Source: Pirellula staleyi DSM 6068 (lineage in GTDB: Bacteria; Planctomycetota; Planctomycetia; Pirellulales; Pirellulaceae). Taken from it: 32,000 nucleotides of DNA. This document shows positions 8,874 to 18,137 of this stretch, in pieces (within the stretch, counting starts at the first letter, position 1; every line of letters starts with the position of its first letter). The DNA lies in contig CP001848.1 in assembly GCA_000025185.1 (NCBI GenBank), positions 4,020,001-4,052,000 on the forward strand. The letters are read 5' to 3'. A program made the translations under genes and the position numbers. Below the pieces are notes generated by a model. That model did not search any database. It worked only from the letters and a program-made list of their open reading frames with translations, and was not told the origin of the DNA.

Positions 8874-11465
8874 ATGACGCGCGACGATTCGACACCGCCC
8901 CCCCTCGCTCCACTGCCGATTGATGCTGCGCTGCCAGAACTTCTGACGCATCTGAAAGCATCGCGCCGCGTGGTGCTGGTGGCGCCGCCTGGTGCCGGGA
9001 AAACGACGCGCGTTCCCCCCGCCATTCTCGATAGCGGTATTTGTGGCGATAAGCAGATTGTGGTGCTACAGCCGCGACGTCTAGCCGCGCGAGCCACTGC
9101 CGAGCGGATGTCGAGTGAACGTGGCTCGCGATTGGGGGAAGAAATCGGCTATCAAGTCCGGTTCGAATCACGCGTCAGCAAGCAGACGCGGATCGAGGTC
9201 CTTACCGAAGGGATCTTGCAGCGGCGCTTAGCGAGCGATCCGTTCCTTGAGCGTGTCGGCTGCATTGTGTTCGACGAATTTCACGAGCGCTCGCTCGCCA
9301 GTGATCTGCTGCTGGGAATGGTCGAGCAAGTTCGCGCGAGTGTTCGCGATGATTTGATGGTGGTGGTGATGTCGGCCACGCTCGACGCGAGTGGCGTGAG
9401 TAAGTATCTCGCCGATGCGCCGGTAGTGGTCAGCGAAGGTCGCAAATTTCCCGTTGAAATTCGCTACGATTCCGATCTCAATCGTCAGCCTCTTGCCGAG
9501 CAAGTTTTGTCGACGGTGAGCCGCGCGATCGAGCAGCGGGATGGCGATCTGCTGGTGTTTCTGCCAGGGGTCGGCGAAATACGGGGCGCTCAGCGATTGC
9601 TTGAGAACGCAAGTTTCTCGCGCGACTTTGCCATCCAGCCCCTCTACGGCGATCTCTCGCTCGAAGAGCAACAGCAGGCGCTGCGCAAGCAATCTCGCCG
9701 CAAGATCGTGCTCGCTACGAACGTCGCGGAAACCAGCGTGACGGTGGATGGCGTGACGATCGTTATCGATTCGGGACTCGCGCGGGTGAGCCGTTATCAC
9801 GAATCGACGGGACTCGATCGACTCGATCTCGAACCGATTTCACGAGCATCGGCCGATCAGCGAGCGGGTCGCGCGGGACGAACTGCGCCCGGCATTTGCT
9901 ACCGCCTTTGGCCCGAAGCGATGCACCGCGCTCGCGCCGCGTTCAACACGCCGGAAGTGCAGCGCGTTGATCTCGCGCCAGCGGTGCTGGAGATACTCGC
10001 CTGGATCGAACCCGACCTTGCCACCTTTCCTTGGTACGAGCCACCTGCCAGTGGAACGCTGGATCGCGCGGTGAGTTTGCTCGAGCAAATTCATGCTGCC
10101 GACGAGCGCTCGATCACCGAGCTTGGGCGTCAGATGCTCCGGTTGCCGATTCATCCACGCCTCGCGCGCATGATGCTCTATGCCCGTGAGCATGGCGATC
10201 TGCTGCCTGTTGCCACTGCAGCGGCGCTGCTGAGCGAGCGCTCGCCGTGGAACCATGCTCCAGGTGGAACGCGGGGCAATTTTGCGCCGCGTCGTGCGCG
10301 TGAGCATAGCGAAAGTGATGTGCTCGACCGTGTGCAGGCGATCGCAGCTTTCGAGGCTCGCGGCGAAACGCACTTCCCCTTCGGCGAACTCAATCCACGC
10401 AGCGCCAAAACGCTGCTCCGAACGCGCGATCAACTGCTGCGGCTGGTTGATGCGCCGCGCAACACCTCGTCGATGCCTGAGGATGAACTGCTGCAGCGCG
10501 CAATCCTGGCCGGGTTTCCAGATCGGGTCGCGAAACGTCGCGAGACGAAGCTGGCCCCTGAATATGCGCGCGACGATGCAGTGCGGGGACTCATGGTTGG
10601 TGGTCGCGGCGTGAAGCTCGATCGGTCGAGCCAAGTTCTCAGCGAGGAACTGTTCGTTTGCGTCGAGCTCGACATGGGGCAGGGGGAGGCAATCGTTCGA
10701 CAAGCGTCGGGTGTGAAGCGCGCCTGGCTCGATCCGCAGCTGCTCGAGACCAAGCGTGTCGCGGTTTTCGACGACGAACTTTTGCGCGTGCAGGGACGCA
10801 AGCGAACCAGCTGGAACGGACTCCTCCTCGACGAGTCGCAGGCGGCACTTCCCGAGGAAGATGAAGTGGCCGAGATCCTGGCGAAAGAGGCGATCGCGCG
10901 GTGGGACCGCGTCTTTCCGCCCGAGAGCGAGGGAGTGCTCGACTATGTTCTCCGAACGCGGCTGTTGGCGAGGCTGATGCCCAAGCTCGAGTTGCCGCCG
11001 ATGGACGTCCCCTATCTCCAGTCGATCTTGCCTGCCGTGGCTCGTGGGTGTCGGTCGATCGACGATCTGCGTCGTGCGCCGTGGCTGATGGTGATCAAAA
11101 ACGGGCTCAGCTGGGATCAGCAGCAGGCGATTGAGCGGGAGGCTCCAGAGCGTATCAAGGTGCCCAGTGGGAATGCGATTCGGCTGGAGTATCAAGCCGA
11201 TGGGCCACCGATACTGGCGGTACGGATTCAGGAGATTTTTGGGCTGCTAGAGACCCCAAAAATTGCGGGAGGCCGTCAGCCAATTCTTTTGCATTTGCTC
11301 GCACCGAACATGCGTGTTGCCCAGGTAACAGACGACCTGCATAGTTTTTGGGCAAGCTCCTACGCGCTAGTGCGCAAAGATCTCCGTGCTCGGTACCCAA
11401 AACATTCGTGGCCCGAGGATCCGTATACAGCAGTTGCGCAAAGTCGTCCGGCGCGAAAGAACTGA
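8874..11465 (+). CDS. hrpB: ATP-dependent RNA helicase HrpB (DEAH-box)
   Basis: 863 aa. Walker A APPGAGKTT, DEFHERS box, SATL, TNVAETS, QRAGRAGR. The C-terminal HrpB-specific end (LAVRIQEIFGL...RYPKHSWPEDP) matches my memory of E. coli HrpB. Confidence 0.9.
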   Translation: MTRDDSTPPPLAPLPIDAALPELLTHLKASRRVVLVAPPGAGKTTRVPPAILDSGICGDKQIVVLQPRRLAARATAERMSSERGSRLGEEIGYQVRFESRVSKQTRIEVLTEGILQRRLASDPFLERVGCIVFDEFHERSLASDLLLGMVEQVRASVRDDLMVVVMSATLDASGVSKYLADAPVVVSEGRKFPVEIRYDSDLNRQPLAEQVLSTVSRAIEQRDGDLLVFLPGVGEIRGAQRLLENASFSRDFAIQPLYGDLSLEEQQQALRKQSRRKIVLATNVAETSVTVDGVTIVIDSGLARVSRYHESTGLDRLDLEPISRASADQRAGRAGRTAPGICYRLWPEAMHRARAAFNTPEVQRVDLAPAVLEILAWIEPDLATFPWYEPPASGTLDRAVSLLEQIHAADERSITELGRQMLRLPIHPRLARMMLYAREHGDLLPVATAAALLSERSPWNHAPGGTRGNFAPRRAREHSESDVLDRVQAIAAFEARGETHFPFGELNPRSAKTLLRTRDQLLRLVDAPRNTSSMPEDELLQRAILAGFPDRVAKRRETKLAPEYARDDAVRGLMVGGRGVKLDRSSQVLSEELFVCVELDMGQGEAIVRQASGVKRAWLDPQLLETKRVAVFDDELLRVQGRKRTSWNGLLLDESQAALPEEDEVAEILAKEAIARWDRVFPPESEGVLDYVLRTRLLARLMPKLELPPMDVPYLQSILPAVARGCRSIDDLRRAPWLMVIKNGLSWDQQQAIEREAPERIKVPSGNAIRLEYQADGPPILAVRIQEIFGLLETPKIAGGRQPILLHLLAPNMRVAQVTDDLHSFWASSYALVRKDLRARYPKHSWPEDPYTAVAQSRPARKN

Positions 11466-11895
11466 GCATTGCCAGTGGACGATTTCGGTCAGCACGTCCA
11501 CGCAGCAACTGATTTCGAGGGTCTCAGAGAGCACCCAGTGAATGGGTGATCTTTTGCAGAGGTGGCGAGCTGAGCCGCCGTAACAGGCGCGTTAAACAGC
11601 CGAGAGAGGCTCTGAAAAAACGAGAGCGAGAGGCGCAGGACTTGGCCAATGCGAGGCACCAGCGCACTGCCCGCCGCGCGGAAGATGCAGGCTGGTGAAG
11701 TCGAGCAGGCTCGAGCCCATTAGTGCGGCGTCGCGCGGTGAAAACAACACGACCGCCATGCGGCTTGAAGATCCATTTCAAGTCGCTATGCCGATTAGCG
11801 AGTCATCGATTGGCTTAGCAACTGCTAACTCAGCCGCGCGTGACTCGACTTCAGTTTTCCTAGGGAAATATCGCTAAAAGCGAACTTCCGGTCGT

Positions 11896-12312
11896 CTATC
11901 GTCCGGGCGCTTTGACCATGGAAAGCGAGCGTAATTCGCGCCGCTTTTCTTTCGGTAAAAACTCCCGCTCCACTAGTTCGGGATCGTACTGCGTCCAGCT
12001 TTCTCGCATCGCTTGCGAGTGGACCTTGCGCAAGATTTCGCCATCTTGCCACACGGCCACATAGCCACCCACTTGCCAGTTCTTTTGCGGCAGTTGGGCC
12101 GGGTTCTTCACCAAACGCCAAGCCCGCACCATGTAGCGGCTGTCGTCGGCAGACCAGTCGTAGAAAATGACTTGGTCGAAAACGAGGCGTCCCTCTTCGT
12201 CATAGAAATGATTGACCTCCATCAGGTCAACCACTTCACGGGCGACATCTTCCTGCGGGCTAATACCGCAGGTCAGCAGCAATACGCCAAACGTAGCTGA
12301 AATGGTACCCAC
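11896..12312 (-). CDS. hypothetical exported protein / lipoprotein candidate (138 aa)
   Basis: GTG start at 12312 with a perfect AGGAGG 6 nt upstream (complement of 12319-12324). N-terminus GTISATFGVLLLTCG is signal-like with a Cys. Composition is globular and Trp/Asp-rich. No family recognised. Confidence 0.65.
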   Translation of the reverse strand: MGTISATFGVLLLTCGISPQEDVAREVVDLMEVNHFYDEEGRLVFDQVIFYDWSADDSRYMVRAWRLVKNPAQLPQKNWQVGGYVAVWQDGEILRKVHSQAMRESWTQYDPELVEREFLPKEKRRELRSLSMVKAPGR

Positions 12313-12473
12313 CGGTCACCTCCTGTGTTAGGTAGGAAACGTATGCGGTGAGACCCCCGGGGAAACTCGTCGTCGGTAGTTATCGGAAATTTCCCCGACG
12401 GTCAACATCAAAAATTCATGTTGACGCAGCCAGGCTCAATTTCGTCGGTTAACTCGCAAGCGAGTCCTGATCA

Positions 12474-13586
12474 TCAGGAGCGGGCTGGCGAGCCGGCGGA
12501 ATTCTGCCGGGCCATCCGTACGAACAAGCTCTCAAGCAAAAGGCGTGCCCGATCTTCGTGAGAATGGCTTCCTTTCAAGGAAGCATCGATTTCGAGCAGC
12601 CACTGACCAAGGGCAATCGCCCGTTTTCGGCCGAGCGCGATTAGCCGCTGTTCAGCCTTTTGCATCGCTCCTTGCGGCCATTCCTTGAACCCAGCCTCGG
12701 TGAGTGCTTCACGAAGCTGAATGCGGCGGCCCGAGTCTTCAGCGTCTTGGTAATGCCGCGCTGCTTGAGCGAAGCGGCGGAGCGACCAGCTGAGAGAACC
12801 GAAAATGGCGAGCGGATGTTCGCCACTATGAAGCAGCTTTTCGAGCTGCGAGATTGCGTCGGCAGCTCGCCCTTCGAGAGCAGCGTCGATCAGGTCCCAG
12901 TTGCTCTGGGCGCGCCAGCCACCGACGGCGCTTTCGACAAGTTCGACCCCCACCCGGCCATCACCCCCGGCCAGGAGCGACAGCTTGGCGAGATCCTGGT
13001 CGAGCATGCCCATCGAAGGGCCGGTGAGCTCGAGCAGTTTTTCGCTTGCGTGCTGCGAAAGGCCGATGCCGTAAACACTCTTCGCACGCTCGACCACCCA
13101 GCGGCAAATCGCCCCTTCGTCGGTCACTTTGTTTTTACCAACCGCCTTCTGAGGGAGTCGGCAATCGACCTGCAAGTGCGACTGGTCCATCGCCTTGTAG
13201 AGCCGCGTGTTCGAAGGCCACTCATCGACCACCAGGACAAGCAAGCCTTGGGGCTTGGACTTGGCGGCCCAGTCTTCGAGTTCGGCGCGATGTGCGGAGA
13301 CCCAGCTGTCGGCCGACTCGAGCACCACGAGCCGAGCTCCGCCACCACCAAAAAGATTGGCGGTCGAAAGTTCGTCGGCAATGTCGCGCCACGCGATGGG
13401 ACGCTCGGAAACATCAACCTTGGTGTAGAGATCGTCTCCCGAGCTATCGGTGACGAGTTTCACTAGCTTGGCGAGCACGAGTTGCCGCAGGAAACGTTCG
13501 TCGCCAAACAGCGCGCAGATGCCCGAGAGCGAAGCAGGTTTTTGCCCCGGCGCAAGGAAATCGAAGGCAGTGATCGTGCGCGACAT
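12474..13586 (-). CDS. holA: DNA polymerase III subunit delta
   Basis: 370 aa. N-terminal pattern ICALFGDERFLRQ matches the family's yllyGeE.fL pattern. Length and helical C-terminal domain fit HolA. Confidence 0.75.
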   Translation of the reverse strand: MSRTITAFDFLAPGQKPASLSGICALFGDERFLRQLVLAKLVKLVTDSSGDDLYTKVDVSERPIAWRDIADELSTANLFGGGGARLVVLESADSWVSAHRAELEDWAAKSKPQGLLVLVVDEWPSNTRLYKAMDQSHLQVDCRLPQKAVGKNKVTDEGAICRWVVERAKSVYGIGLSQHASEKLLELTGPSMGMLDQDLAKLSLLAGGDGRVGVELVESAVGGWRAQSNWDLIDAALEGRAADAISQLEKLLHSGEHPLAIFGSLSWSLRRFAQAARHYQDAEDSGRRIQLREALTEAGFKEWPQGAMQKAEQRLIALGRKRAIALGQWLLEIDASLKGSHSHEDRARLLLESLFVRMARQNSAGSPARS

Positions 13587-13649
13587 AGCGGCCCGATTGT
13601 AACGAGTTTCGTGCCGACTGCCTGCCAGATGTCGCGATCGATTCGCGCT

Positions 13650-14231
13650 CTAGGCCGAGCTTTGCGATGCAAAGTGGGCATCAATTGCCGCGCGAATGAC
13701 TTCCGGCGCCGACATCCGACCGGCACCCGATTGGCGACAGCTGAGCCAGCCCGATTCGGGGCCAATCATCTGCACGCCATCAGCCACCAACTGCGCGACG
13801 TTGCGCTGCACCGACTTCTTTTCCCACATCGCGGAATTCATCGCCGGGGCAAACATCACGTGACCCGTGAACGCGAGATAGAGGGTCGTCAGCAAATCGT
13901 CGGCATGTCCCCCGGCGGTTTTCGCGAGAAAGTCGGCTGTCGCAGGAGCTACCACCAGCAGCGTGGCGCGAGTTGCAAGCTCGATATGAGCGCCGAGTGG
14001 AAAAGCGCTGGGCTCGAACGTTTTCGTTGCCACAGGGCGCGCGGTGAGTGCAGCAAAGGTCGCCGCGCCGATGAATTCTTCGGCTGCAGGCGTCAGAACC
14101 GCCGTGACCCCATAGCCTGCTTGAACGAGGCCACTCACCAGACCGGCTGTCTTGTAAGCAGCCACCCCGCCCGTAACCCCCACCACGATTTCAGGTCGGG
14201 TGGGTGTGAGAGAATTCGCAGGGGTGTTCAT
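13650..14231 (-). CDS. coaC: phosphopantothenoylcysteine decarboxylase (stand-alone flavoprotein, CoaC domain only)
   Basis: IVVGVTGGVAAYK flavin-binding N-terminus, the HFCD motif PAMNSAMW, and the substrate clamp SCRQSGAGRM. I trimmed the ORF to Met27 (14231). There is no CoaB half: the stop at 13650 lies 63 nt from the holA start. Confidence 0.8.
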   Translation of the reverse strand: MNTPANSLTPTRPEIVVGVTGGVAAYKTAGLVSGLVQAGYGVTAVLTPAAEEFIGAATFAALTARPVATKTFEPSAFPLGAHIELATRATLLVVAPATADFLAKTAGGHADDLLTTLYLAFTGHVMFAPAMNSAMWEKKSVQRNVAQLVADGVQMIGPESGWLSCRQSGAGRMSAPEVIRAAIDAHFASQSSA

Positions 14232-14329
14232 CAGAAGTGCACTTCTAGGGTGCTTAGCCACGTCGATATCCCAGGTCGCAAGCAACCTGGAATACGACAC
14301 CGAGCGCAATGCCTGCGCTTTTCAGCGGT

Positions 14330-14602
14330 TTAAAGATCGCCGAGATCGAGTTCGATCGATTCGCCAGTCCCTTGGAACTCGCTGGCCAAACGGAGGTTGT
14401 CGGCTGGGTCGAGGTAGATCTTGTCTTGCAAGATTTCCTTGAGAACGATCGCCATTTTGTCGTGCGTGGTAACTTCCACGAGTGGGCGGCTGCCGGCGTT
14501 CAGCTGAACCATGCGCTTTTGCATCAAGGTCGAGAGTTTGAAGCGGCCACCGACTTTGTTGACGATTTCCTCTTCGCGAAGATCTTCCAGCATGCGAATC
14601 AA
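14330..14602 (-). CDS. rpoZ: DNA-directed RNA polymerase subunit omega
   Basis: 90 aa. [16 protein letters not shown] resembles the omega NRFxLxxxAxKRAxQL core. The conserved position between gmk and coaC supports the call. Confidence 0.7.
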   Translation of the reverse strand: MIRMLEDLREEEIVNKVGGRFKLSTLMQKRMVQLNAGSRPLVEVTTHDKMAIVLKEILQDKIYLDPADNLRLASEFQGTGESIELDLGDL

Positions 14603-14752
14603 CTCCCTCTCGAATCGTAATTCAAACTGCTAAAAACTTGTCGATGACGGGTTCTGTAAAAAACGGACGTCAGTCGGTATCGGATCGTATCGTGCTGCAC
14701 GAGCCTTGGTGGAAGGATCAGTTCTTCTGCAAGGCCGAGCGCGGGGCTTGGT

Positions 14753-15355
14753 TCATGGGCGAGCGGCCAGCGATGTCAGGATGCGACAAACATCAGCCAC
14801 TGCTGTATCGAGGTCGTGATTGATCACCTGATGACGGTAGTGCGACAGGAAGGTGAGTTCCCGGCGAGCGACTTCCAGTCGACGTGCCAGCGAGTCTTCG
14901 GTTTCGGTGTTCCGTTGCCGTAAGCGTCGCTCGAGTTCCTCGATCGAACCGGAGTGGATGAAGATCGTCTCGGCCTGCGGAAATTTCTGCAGGACGGCGA
15001 GCATTCCTTCCACATCAATCTCTAAGAGTACCCATTTTCCGGCCGCAAGTCCAGTGCTCACCGTGTTTTGCAGCGTGCCGTACCAGTCGCCACGTCCAAA
15101 CACTTCCTTGCACTCGAGGAATTCCCCCTGCTCGCGGCGCGTGCGAAACTCGTCGTGCGAAAGGAAGTGATAGTGCACTCCGTCGACTTCGCCAGGACGT
15201 GGTTTGCGGGTCGTCGCCGAAACACTTAACTCCAGTGGCAGTGGGCACTTCGCGAGCACCTCGTGGACCACCGTGCTCTTGCCGGCGCCGCTGGGGCCGG
15301 AAATCACCACGAGATAGCCGTGGGCAGGAGCGGGGGTGGGTGTTTCGGAGGGCAT
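14753..15355 (-). CDS. gmk: guanylate kinase
   Basis: 200 aa. P-loop ISGPSGAGKSTV, SATTRKPRPGEVDGVHYHF, and the canonical gmk layout. Confidence 0.95.
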   Translation of the reverse strand: MPSETPTPAPAHGYLVVISGPSGAGKSTVVHEVLAKCPLPLELSVSATTRKPRPGEVDGVHYHFLSHDEFRTRREQGEFLECKEVFGRGDWYGTLQNTVSTGLAAGKWVLLEIDVEGMLAVLQKFPQAETIFIHSGSIEELERRLRQRNTETEDSLARRLEVARRELTFLSHYRHQVINHDLDTAVADVCRILTSLAARP

Positions 15356-15405
15356 GGGAGGTGAACCGATACGTTGAAACGGACGTCGGGAAACGTGGTG
15401 AAAAT

Positions 15406-16290
15406 TTACTCGACGTTTTGGATCATCTCGCGCATCCGTTCGATGGCGGTCTTGATTTCAATCACGAACGTGGCGATTTCGGCGTCGTTGCTCTTGCTGC
15501 CAATCGTATTCGTTTCGCGGAACATTTCCTGCGTCAGGAACTCGAGCTTTCGTCCCGGGGTCTCTTCGTTTTTCATGACCCGCTCGAACTGCTCGCAGTG
15601 GCTCCGGAGGCGGACAATCTCTTCCGAGATGTCGCTCTTCTCAGCAAACATGCCAACTTCGCGAACGACGTCGCTGGCAGTCACGCTGACGTTGAACTCG
15701 GCCATCAGTTTGCTCAGCCGATCGACCATGCGTGTGCGATACGCCTCGACAACAACCGGAGCACGCTTTTCGATATGGGCGAGTTGCGAGGCGACCTGGT
15801 GGCAATTGGCAAGCAGGTCGGCTGCCATGGCAGCACCCTCGCTGCGCCGCATCGATTCGAGTTTCGACAGTGCTTCGCGAAGTGCTCTCTCGATGGCAGG
15901 CCAATCGCGCTCGGCTAGTTCGGTGCTGGTTGATTTGGTCTTCACGACCCCGGGAAGTCCCAAGAGTTGCTCGATGCGAACCGCGCCACTGATGCCGCCA
16001 GCACCTTGCAGGAGCTCGATTTGACGCAAATAGCCCTCGAGCACCGGAGCGCACAGCTGATAGTCGTCGGACGAGGCCTCGCGATCGATCCGAATCGACA
16101 GCTGTACGCTGCCGCGTCGCAAGGTTTCACGAACGACCGCTTCGATGGCCGACTCGAGGCTGCTGTACCCTTCGCCCGTCCGGATGCTGACCTTCAGGTA
16201 GCGGTTGTTGACGGTGCGCACTTCCACGCCGATCGACACGCCATCTGCGTGGTGATGAGCTTCGCCGTGGCCGGTCATACTCAGGAGCAA
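15406..16290 (-). CDS. yicC: YicC/YloC-family endoribonuclease
   Basis: The N-terminus (L)LLSMTGHG matches the family start MxxSMTGxG, and VEVRTVNNRYLKV matches the SVNxRyl motif. I place the start at TTG 16290, with GGAG 7 nt upstream. ATG 16278 is an alternative. The track start at 16347 looks over-extended. Confidence 0.85.
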   Translation of the reverse strand: MLLSMTGHGEAHHHADGVSIGVEVRTVNNRYLKVSIRTGEGYSSLESAIEAVVRETLRRGSVQLSIRIDREASSDDYQLCAPVLEGYLRQIELLQGAGGISGAVRIEQLLGLPGVVKTKSTSTELAERDWPAIERALREALSKLESMRRSEGAAMAADLLANCHQVASQLAHIEKRAPVVVEAYRTRMVDRLSKLMAEFNVSVTASDVVREVGMFAEKSDISEEIVRLRSHCEQFERVMKNEETPGRKLEFLTQEMFRETNTIGSKSNDAEIATFVIEIKTAIERMREMIQNVE

Positions 16291-16331
16291 GGGAAGGCTC
16301 CAAACGTTCGCAAAGGGAAGGGGGGCCGCTA

Positions 16332-16372
16332 CAAGCGAAACGAGCAACTCAGCTGATGAGCCGAGTTGCTCG
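16332..16372 (-). terminator. rho-independent terminator candidate after secG
   Basis: Perfect 10-bp inverted repeat CGAGCAACTC (16341-16350) / GAGTTGCTCG (16363-16372) with a 12-nt loop. On the minus strand it is followed by TTTCGCTTGT. Confidence 0.5.
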
Positions 16373-16403
16373 TGGTGTTGTCACTGCGTGGTCGCGCCAC
16401 GTG

Positions 16404-17024
16404 TTATTTGTCGGCTGGCTTGTCTTCAGCGGGCTTTTCGGCAGCAGGAGCCTCAGCGGGTGGTGCTACAGCTGGTTGCTCGGCTGGGACTTCAGCCGCG
16501 GGCTTTTCAGCGGCTGGTGCTTCCGCTGGTTTCTCGGCTGCGGGCGTTTCTGCAGGCTTTTCCGCAGCAGGCGTTTCGGTCGCTGGGGTTTCAGCTGCGG
16601 GAGTCTCGGCAGCAGGCGTTGTTGCGCCAGTTTTGTCGGCGGCAGGAGTTTCGCCAGTGCCCGTCTCGCCTGCAGCTTTATCGTCTCCCGACTTGGTGTC
16701 GTCGGTCGCTGGGGCGGTTGTGGTGGTCGGATTGCGTTTCAGACCGCCAGTTTCACCCTGTTCGGAGAGAAACTTCAGCGAGGCCATCGACAGCAGAATC
16801 CAAAAAGCGGCGACCACAATCGTGATCCGGGTAAACAAGTCGCCCGCTTTCGTGCCGAACGCGCTTTGTCCCCCCATCCCGCCCAACGCACCAGTAAGTC
16901 CGCCGCCACGTCCGCGCTGCACGAGCACGACTAGCGACAGAAAGACTGCCACCAGCGAAAGTGGAATGCTGAACAAATAGTGATACGCCGTAACGGCAAC
17001 GAGAGGCGATAATTCGAGCGACAT
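16404..17024 (-). CDS. secG: preprotein translocase subunit SecG with long acidic Pro/Ala/Glu-repeat C-terminal extension
   Basis: SecG core: two TM segments flanking [20 protein letters not shown]. The conserved tpiA-secG adjacency supports the call. I place the start at MSLELS (17024). About 120 aa of tail follow the core. Confidence 0.8.
   Translation of the reverse strand: MSLELSPLVAVTAYHYLFSIPLSLVAVFLSLVVLVQRGRGGGLTGALGGMGGQSAFGTKAGDLFTRITIVVAAFWILLSMASLKFLSEQGETGGLKRNPTTTTAPATDDTKSGDDKAAGETGTGETPAADKTGATTPAAETPAAETPATETPAAEKPAETPAAEKPAEAPAAEKPAAEVPAEQPAVAPPAEAPAAEKPAEDKPADK
16407..16640 (-). repeat. in-frame degenerate 15-18 nt tandem repeat encoding (E/K)(T/K/A)PAAE units of the SecG tail
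   Basis: The encoded tail reads [47 protein letters not shown]...[12 protein letters not shown]. The DNA shows reiterated GGCTTTTC(A/C)GC(A/G)GC-type units. Confidence 0.75.
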
Positions 17025-17218
17025 CAGAATCCCTTTCCCGTACTTCCACAATCTCGCATGGAGCCGACCTCTTGCCGGCGATTTGTTCGATTTCTAATTC
17101 GCAGCAAAGGTTTGCTGCGTAAAGTGCTACCAAGAAGTCTTACAGTGTACTGATTCACTGCTCGCTGGCGATGCCAGTTCGCTTGAATCTCGCCCCATGA
17201 AGGCTGCTGGCTCTTCGC

Positions 17219-17977
17219 TTACGACTTCGTGGCACCCGCAACGATCCCCAGGAAGCTCTCGACCTTCAGCGAGGCTCCACCCACCAAAGCACCGTCGATG
17301 TTCGGCTGGTGCAGCAGGGTGGCGGCGTTTTCGGCTGTCACACTGCCGCCGTACTGAATTCGAACCACGTCAGCTGTGGCTTGACCCAGTTTGGCAGCGA
17401 TGTGCGCTCGCAGGTTCGCGTGCACTTCCTCAGCTTGTTCTGGGGTGGCCACTTTGCCGGTGCCGATGGCCCAAACAGGCTCGTAGGCAATCACTACTTG
17501 CTGAACCTGCTCGGCCGAGATGCCAGCGAGCGAGCCATCGAACTGGTCGTGGACCACAGCAGCAGTTTGACCAGCTTCGCGCTCACTCAGCAGTTCGCCG
17601 ACGCACAGGATGGGGGTGAGGCCAGCAGCGAGGGCAGCCACCACCTTCTTTTGAATGTCAGCGTTGGTCTCTTTCAGGATGTGGCGGCGTTCGCTGTGTC
17701 CCAGGATTACATACTTGCAGCCGATGTCGAGCAGCATCGCGGCCGACAGTTCACCGGTGAAGGCACCTTTGGGTTCGTGGTAGCAGTTCTGACCACCCAC
17801 CTGAATCGCCGAACCAGCAAGTGCACCGACCACTGCATCTAAATAAACGCTTGGTGGGCAAACGGCGACATCCACCGAGGGGGTGCCAATCTTGGCAGCC
17901 AGCCCCGCAGCCAATTCAACGGCAGCTGCTTTGGTGAGGTTCATCTTCCAATTGCCAGCGATGAATTTCTTTCTCAC
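17219..17977 (-). CDS. tpiA: triose-phosphate isomerase
   Basis: 252 aa. FIAGNWKMN, VILGHSERR, AYEPVWAIGTG, YGGSV. Confidence 0.95.
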   Translation of the reverse strand: MRKKFIAGNWKMNLTKAAAVELAAGLAAKIGTPSVDVAVCPPSVYLDAVVGALAGSAIQVGGQNCYHEPKGAFTGELSAAMLLDIGCKYVILGHSERRHILKETNADIQKKVVAALAAGLTPILCVGELLSEREAGQTAAVVHDQFDGSLAGISAEQVQQVVIAYEPVWAIGTGKVATPEQAEEVHANLRAHIAAKLGQATADVVRIQYGGSVTAENAATLLHQPNIDGALVGGASLKVESFLGIVAGATKS

Positions 17978-18137
17978 GCGTCGACTCTTTCGTACTTAGC
18001 TGGGATGCGAATGATGGAAGACTTAATATGTCAGGTGGTGATCTTCGTTGGGTAGTATCACCACGTGAATAGTTATATGGTTGATCGTTGAGCCTGATGA
18101 AATCTTCTAAAAGAAGACCGGCTTCGATGTTCACCCC

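Noticed and set aside
9840-11195. 451-aa ORF on the minus strand inside hrpB
   Set aside because: It lies entirely antisense to a helicase gene with unmistakable motifs. It is Arg/Pro/His-rich with no RBS or recognisable domain. This is a typical shadow ORF of GC-rich coding DNA.
11524-11781. 85-aa minus-strand ORF in the hrpB-downstream gap
   Set aside because: It is extremely Arg-rich (ARRRTNG..., LLRRLSS), with no RBS and no family resemblance. I kept the region only as an unexplained gap.
13482-14333. 283-aa plus-strand ORF across coaC/holA
   Set aside because: It is an antisense shadow ORF, Arg/Cys/His-rich. The minus-strand genes carry the family motifs.
15199-16024. Two plus-strand ORFs (239 and 216 aa) opposite yicC/gmk
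   Set aside because: They are antisense to yicC and the gmk start and have no recognisable motifs.
16407-16640. Possible CRISPR-like or non-coding tandem repeat
   Set aside because: The period is only 15-18 nt, the repeat is degenerate, there are no unique spacers, and it is in frame within secG. It is a coding low-complexity repeat.
16356-16980. Three overlapping plus-strand ORFs (192, 204 and 145 aa) opposite secG
   Set aside because: They exist only because the PAAE-coding repeat lacks stop codons in the mirror frames. Their products are low-complexity (G/A/S/F/C/R runs). SecG on the minus strand has a clear core and conserved tpiA context.
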